Assembly: GCF_009914755.1 (NCBI RefSeq)
Contig: NC_060947.1
DNA length: 64,000 bases
Direction: 5' to 3' (one strand)
Source: the human T2T-CHM13v2.0 reference genome, Homo sapiens
In this document: piece by piece, positions 58,319-64,000 of the stretch
Layout: each line of letters opens with the position of its first letter
How positions within the stretch are numbered: the first letter of the stretch is position 1
The notes under the pieces: generated by a model
The model's input: only the letters and a program-made list of their open reading frames with translations
What the model was told of the DNA's origin: nothing
Database searches by the model: none
Made by a program: the position numbers and the translations under genes

Positions 58319-58323
58319 TGCTA
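57986..58323. repeat. AT-rich minisatellite, unit approximately GCTA(TA)nGTT(G/T)
   Basis: Well over a dozen variable-length units visible directly. Confidence 0.95.
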
Positions 58324-58829
58324 TTATTATTATCATCATCATTATTTGCTCCACACTACTGGAAACTGATGTTTGAGAAGGGTAAAGGAACTCGCTCAAG
58401 AGGTGGGGACATAGAGCCAAATTTTATGTCCAGAATCGATTGTCTGTGCTAGCTGCTACCTGACATTTTTCTCCCTTTAAGGTTGGCCTTTATGTGAAGA
58501 TAAATAAAAATGTTGCAGAGGAGGAGGAGGCACAAAGATAAGTTAGTTAGCCATATCCCAGACCTTCAACCCCAACAACAAGCAAAAGGAGCAACTGAAG
58601 TATACAGTCAGTCAGTCAGCAACCGAGCCTGGATTAAGCATTCACTATGTGCCAGCCCTTGAGGCTCTCCCATGCTATCTAGAGAGCTGGACAGAGACAC
58701 AACTGACCCAGCACACCATAAGGCATGCCAGAAAAGACACCTGCACCAAGTACTAGGGGAAACAGATGTCTGGGGAGAAGGGACAAGCAGGGAATCTGGT
58801 TACTATTGTTGGCTCCCCTAGCTCATTCC

Positions 58830-59255
58830 TTGTATCAATCCGGTTTCCGTCCACACCTCTGTGTAACAAACAACCCTGAAGTCTCAATGGCTTATAGGAA
58901 CAAGCATTGTATTTTCTTCAGTTGAGCTTGGCTCCAGGCTGCAAGTTGGCTTCAGGGCTACTTCATGTATCTCTGCCTTCTAGATCCAGCAGACACCAGC
59001 ACAGGCTCTGCCCACAGCAACCAGCAGGCGAGCAAGAGGCTAACACAAATGCACAGGCATATTTAAAGCTGTCAGTCTTGTTACTTCTTCTGACTTCCCA
59101 TTGACCACAAGTCACATAGCTCAGCAGTATTAATGACACAGTGAAGTTCACTCTGCCTCCTCTGTCAGGTGTACCTGCAAAGTCACATTGGCATGGTTGT
59201 ATAATCCTATCATCAGGATGGGGTAAAAAATTAGGAGCAAAATGCAATCTACCAT
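58830..59255 (-). mobile_element. Old MLT1 LTR
   Basis: TGTGTAACAAACAACCC...CCATTGACCACAAGTCACATAG...GCAAAGTCACATTGGC. Confidence 0.7.
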
Positions 59256-59884
59256 GAGTGCCATGGGCGTGGGCAAGGGCAAGAAAGGAGAAGAATGCAA
59301 GTTTATACAAGCACTAAGAGCTGCTCCAGGAAACAGGGTGTGGCTATTATATTTATTAGGTGAGAGACAGACACTCGACTCAAATTCCCTCCCACTTAAG
59401 CAACACCAGAATACATTTGTTCCATAACAGGGAAGTCTGGGGGTTTATGGAATTCCAGTTTGACTCTTTCCAAAGGCTGAAATGATGTTGTCAGGATTCA
59501 GTCACACATTCTCCATCTCTCCATCCTGGTTTTCTGTCATTGGAAGTTGGACTTGTCAGCCTGAAGATTTTGTGGTCTTAACAGCTTGAGATCCCAGAGG
59601 GAGAGTCTTTCATAGCATTCACAAAACAAACCTCAGGGAAGCTGCGGATTGGCCTAGTTTGCCCATCTGAACATTCCTGAATTAATTACTATGACCCTAG
59701 CATAGAATGCTCTGGGTGACCAACTAGAAGGGTGGTGGCTTGGGGACACAATGATTGTCAGCCTGCTCAAGATCATGTGGAGTGGAAGATAGCCACTTCC
59801 CCAAGGGGAATAAGGATATTATTTCAGGACAAAGAGAAAATGAATGCCAGGCACTCCTAAAGATTCCAGGTCAGTAGGTGCTTC

Positions 59885-60266
59885 CATTATATCTCACTGC
59901 CTAACCAACCACCCTGGAACCTAGTGGCTAGTCTACCCTGGGCTCACTTATGTGGCTGCTATCACATGATGGGTTCACTAAGACTGGAGAGTCTAAAATG
60001 ACCTCATTCACATGTCTGAAATTTGGTGCTGGCTATTGGCTGGGGTGCCTCAATTCTCCTCCACATGGCCCCTCACCCTCCAGTTGGCTAAACTGGGCTT
60101 CTTCACAGCATGGCAATCTCAGGGGTCCAAGAGAGGATGAAAATTCAAGCTGCTAGGTTTCCTAAGGCCTAGTCTCGGAAGTCACACAGAATCACTTCCA
60201 CCACATTCTATTAGTCAAAGCAAGTTACAAGCCAGTCCAAATTCAAGGGGAGAGAAAATAGACTCC

Positions 60267-60297
<31 letters not shown>

Positions 60298-60580
60298 GGA
60301 CAGGGTCTCTCTCTGTCACCCAGGCTGGAGTGCAGTGGCACGATCGCCAGGCTATTGTATTTTTAGCAGAGACAGGGTTTCACCATGTTGTTCAGGCTGG
60401 TCCCGAGCTCGTAAGTTCAAGTGATCCACCTGCCTCGGCCTCCCAAAGTGTTGGAATTACAGGCGTGAGCCACCGCTCCTGGCTAGGCTCCACTTCTTGA
60501 TGGAAGGAGAGGCAAAGTCATTTGGCAAAGGGGCCTGGGGAATGAGAGGATTTGTTGCAGCCATCTTTGCAAACCACTGT
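59885..60580 (-). mobile_element. Old MLT1 LTR with an Alu insertion
   Basis: GCCTAGTCTCGGAAGTCACAC...TTAGTCAAAGCAAGTTAC...GCAGCCATCTTTG. Confidence 0.75.
60269..60483 (-). mobile_element. Alu with internal deletion in the right arm
   Basis: GGCACGATC joined directly to the linker; TSD TAGACTCCACTT/TAGGCTCCACTT. Confidence 0.88.
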
Positions 60581-62164
60581 AGGTTTGGGGTGAGCCCAGG
60601 ACTCTTGGTTGCCAAGCTCCCCACACCCAGATGATATAGACAAGAGTGGTCGGGGCACACATTAGGTTCCTCACCACCGCAGTACCGCCCCTGTCAGACT
60701 GCTCCACTCACCCCCTACCCAAATCTCCCCTTCAAGGCAAACCTCAGGCACACACCTTCAGCAGGAAGCCTGCCTTATCCCTCTGCCCTCAGTCCACTCC
60801 TGCAGCCACTGTTCTAGGGTATTCTAAAACCACTACTGTAGTCTCTTTTCTTGCCTTTTCCACTGTGAACCTCTAAAGCAGAGACTTTCTCTCCAAGATT
60901 ACCAGATCTTGGAGGGCAGAAAAAACATCTTAGTGACAAAGACCCTGCTCCATGGCACTGGAGACAAGGCAAGGCCCTCATCAACACTTAGCAACTGACA
61001 GATGGAGAGAGCTGCCACTCCCTGTGGGACTCTGCCTTTCTTCCAATGCCTCCTAAGATAAAAATCCCATCCCCGTGATTGGGTAGCTTTCCAGCTCTTT
61101 TCTACGGGGAAAAAAGAGTAAAGGTAGGGGAGCAAAAGGGAGAAGAGCTGAGCTATAAAACTGCTGAATCCAAAATGAAGGAGGGAGTAGAGCCAGTGTG
61201 CAGCTTTAATTCAAAAGAACAAAAAAGAATACTGCCATCACTACAAACCACAGGCTCTCTCAGTTCTTGCTACCTCACCACCCAGTAAAGCTGGCCCAAC
61301 TTCAGCACTTTGCTTGCCTTCTGCAGCCTGGCTTCACTCCACGGGCAATGAAAACCAAAGCCCAAATGCCTTTCTTCCATTTCTCATTCATTCAGTTCTT
61401 AAGTAACCAGGAAAGAGTATCATATTAGGAATCAGAAGAAGTGGCATTATCTAATGTTAAGTGTGTCTGCTATTATCTAATCTCATTAGAGAGGCCAATG
61501 TAATATTTGTAATATATTGCTGGACTCGCATAAGAAAGGAACTTGATATAGGAACCCACAGGGGTTACTGCTACGAACTCTATGGAGTCCACCCTCACCC
61601 ACCAAACCCCAGTTTCTAGAAAGTTCAATCGTGAAGTGTAATCCCACCATTTGGAAGAAACACAAGATCTCCTCCCACGCCATTCGGCAAACACCAGGGA
61701 AGCATCCTGCCCTTTTCTGGGGCTTCCATCTTTGACAAAGTTTCCAAAAAGTCTCCAGACCATCTGATAGGCATCCCATGCACATCTTATCAAAAGCATA
61801 AAGCTGCCTTATTTCCTTTGGCAGAGGTGCTTGTGACGTAACTCCAGAACCAGTGCTCAGCTGGAATGTGGACTGCCTTCCAAACGCATGCCACACTTCC
61901 TCACAGGGACTGCCCTTGCCTCTGCCTGGATCATTTGCGAGGTTTGAAACGCATCCATATTAAACATAGACTACAGCATTTTCCTTCCCATCAGCATTCC
62001 ACAGACTCGATATCGGGAGACAATTCAGCCCGTTGTACTTAGGTGGAAGGCTGGAGTTCTGACAAGCCATTTCATGAGAAATATCCCTGAGAAATTGAGA
62101 GGGTTGGCTGACAGCTGGTCACCACAGTGTGATGTGTGCTGAGAAGGTCGATGCAGTGAGATCC

Positions 62165-62290
62165 CTTCGTTCATCCACTCAGCAAATGTTTATTGACTGG
62201 GTACTAAGGAGCAAGCCCCAGGGAGTGGTAGGATGCTGAGCCAAGGAGTGGACCCTGCCCTCAGGAAATTCACAGTCTGGCTAGGGAGCA
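62165..62290 (-). mobile_element. L2 3' end
   Basis: TTCATCCACTCAGCAAATGTTTATTGA...CCCTGCCCTCAGGAAATTCACAGTCTGG. Confidence 0.75.
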
Positions 62291-63069
62291 AATTCCTTCC
62301 CAAACAACCGCTAGAGAATAATGCACAGCCTAGAAGTGGTAAAGCTTTAACCAGGAGACAGAAGAATTGGAAATAGTGAAGTCAGAGCCCCGGACGTTGT
62401 ATGGAGGAAGTGAGATCCAGCCCATACCAGCTACTGGGCTAGGAATGAGTTCCTCTGGGCTCATCAAACCAGAGACATTGGAGATAAGATCTAGAAGGAG
62501 TAGAAGCCTGAGGAGGTGGTAAGATAGATTGGTGAGGCAGAGGGGTTCAGAACAGGCTCAAAACTCATTCCATGTTTTCTCTCTCCAACTGTCTGTCTTT
62601 GTGCCTGTATTTCATTTTGTCTTTTTTCTGTGTTTCCCTCTTTCCTCTTAGACCTCCTCCTTTTCATTTCTCCTCCTCCTCTTAATCTCGGCTGTGTCTG
62701 TCTCACTCCTTCCTTCATCATCATCTCTTTCCCTTTCTACATTCCCCTTTTAGATTCTGATTTCTTTCCATTCTTTTAACCTCTCCATCTTTTCATCCTT
62801 CAATCTCTTTTTCCCCTCCCCCAACTCTGAAAAAACTAGACAAAAGAAGAAACTAAAGGACATCTTTTTTGGCTCATTTACTTCAAGATTATTCTGCTTG
62901 ATTTTTTTATTTTGAAAAGTAAGAAGTGAATCAGACTTTAAAGGGGAAAAAAATAAACAATATTCAAGTTTCAGATTTTCATAAGTTGCATCATGTGTGC
63001 TCTTCAGTAGGTATTGGCTGTGTTCACTGCTATCAAACACAGAAGAAATGCTGAGATTATTTTTTAAAA

Positions 63070-63700
63070 ACCCACAGGGAAAAATAGCAAGAAAAAAAAG
63101 GTCAAATAATATGGACAAGCAATTCATAGATAGGAAACCTCTAATGAATAAAAAGAGGAAGAGATTGTCAACCTCCGCAAATTATCAGAGAGATGCAAAT
63201 TAAAACAACATTAGTTCAAACATAAGACATTGGCAAAACTTATGAAGCTGAATAAAACCAAGTGCTGTAGAAGATGTGGGGAAAGGGGAACTTTCATGCA
63301 CTGCTGGTGGAACTGCAAAGTGATATGTCATTCTGAGGGATTATCTGGCAATGCTTAGGAATGAAGTCTGTGTAAACCCTGTGACCCAGAAAGCCCCCAG
63401 GTCTTTACCCCAGAGATGCGTGTGATGATGGTAGGCACATATGACAGAATTCCATGTAGCAGTCAGAAACAATAGACCAGATTTACATACAGCCATGGAC
63501 AGGTCTTTAAGACAGCGTGTTGAGTGCAAAAGGAAAAAGATTTATAGCTTTATATTAAATTACTATTCTTATAAATTAAAAGCACATGTATACCCACCAC
63601 CCCCCCTCCAAAATGCCATATATCTTTTAAAGGAAATATATCAGAGTGGGTGTCAGACCTAGGGGTAGGATGGGGAGAGGAGAATGGAGTAGGGATGAAG
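63070..63700 (+). mobile_element. L1ME-like 3' region
   Basis: GACAAGCAATTCATAG...GAGATGCAAATTAAAACAAC...GCACTGCTGGTGG. Confidence 0.8.
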
Positions 63701-64000
63701 GATGTAGAGGAAAAATAAGAAAACAAAACAAGAGGGATCTATGCTGGGATTGATGAGGCTGCCAATGAGGTGCATGGGTAACTCAACTCCGCATCTGAGG
63801 CCAGAGGACAGAAAGATGAGAAGAAAGAAATGAAGGGAAGGAGGAAGACAGAGAAGGGGGAAAGAAGACAAACATGGTCATTGTCCCCAAGGAGTGCATA
63901 GCAGGCCTGACAGGTTTTATTTTTAAGAGGAGAAAAATAAAGTTCAAAATTAAGCCTTTGAAAGACTTGTCCAACGTCATATGGCAAAGAGAGGCTTGAT

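Noticed and set aside
57986-58323. Repeat-spacer-like periodicity suggestive of a CRISPR array
   Set aside because: Spacers are only (TA)n length variants, there are no cas genes, and the DNA is human; it is a minisatellite

Overview
Human genomic DNA: a human-specific AluYb8 is present at 55498-55811. The window is gene-poor and dominated by transposon fossils: about 25 Alu/FLAM copies, ancient L1, HAL1, L2, CR1 and MIR, many ERVL/MaLR/ERV1 solo LTRs, and DNA transposons (full-length Tigger1, MER2, MADE1, MER5A, MER47, MER58A). I recognise no protein-coding exon, tRNA, rRNA or CRISPR array. The ORFs I could interpret are Alu, LTR or simple-repeat artefacts, or decayed L1 ORF2 and Tigger1 transposase pieces. 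The main non-repeat signal is a ~1.5 kb CpG island at ~28.6-30.2 kb with no recognisable gene, plus several repeat-free, TF-motif-rich blocks that may be enhancers. Other points of interest: a MADE1 hairpin with mirror substitutions in both arms (miR-548-like), two four-level nested transposon stacks, a (GGAA)15 microsatellite 2 kb from the island, and a palindromic AT-rich VNTR born in a MIR tail. I find no convincing evidence of a previously undescribed biological system. Repeat subfamily names come from recalled consensus sequences, and most boundaries are approximate.
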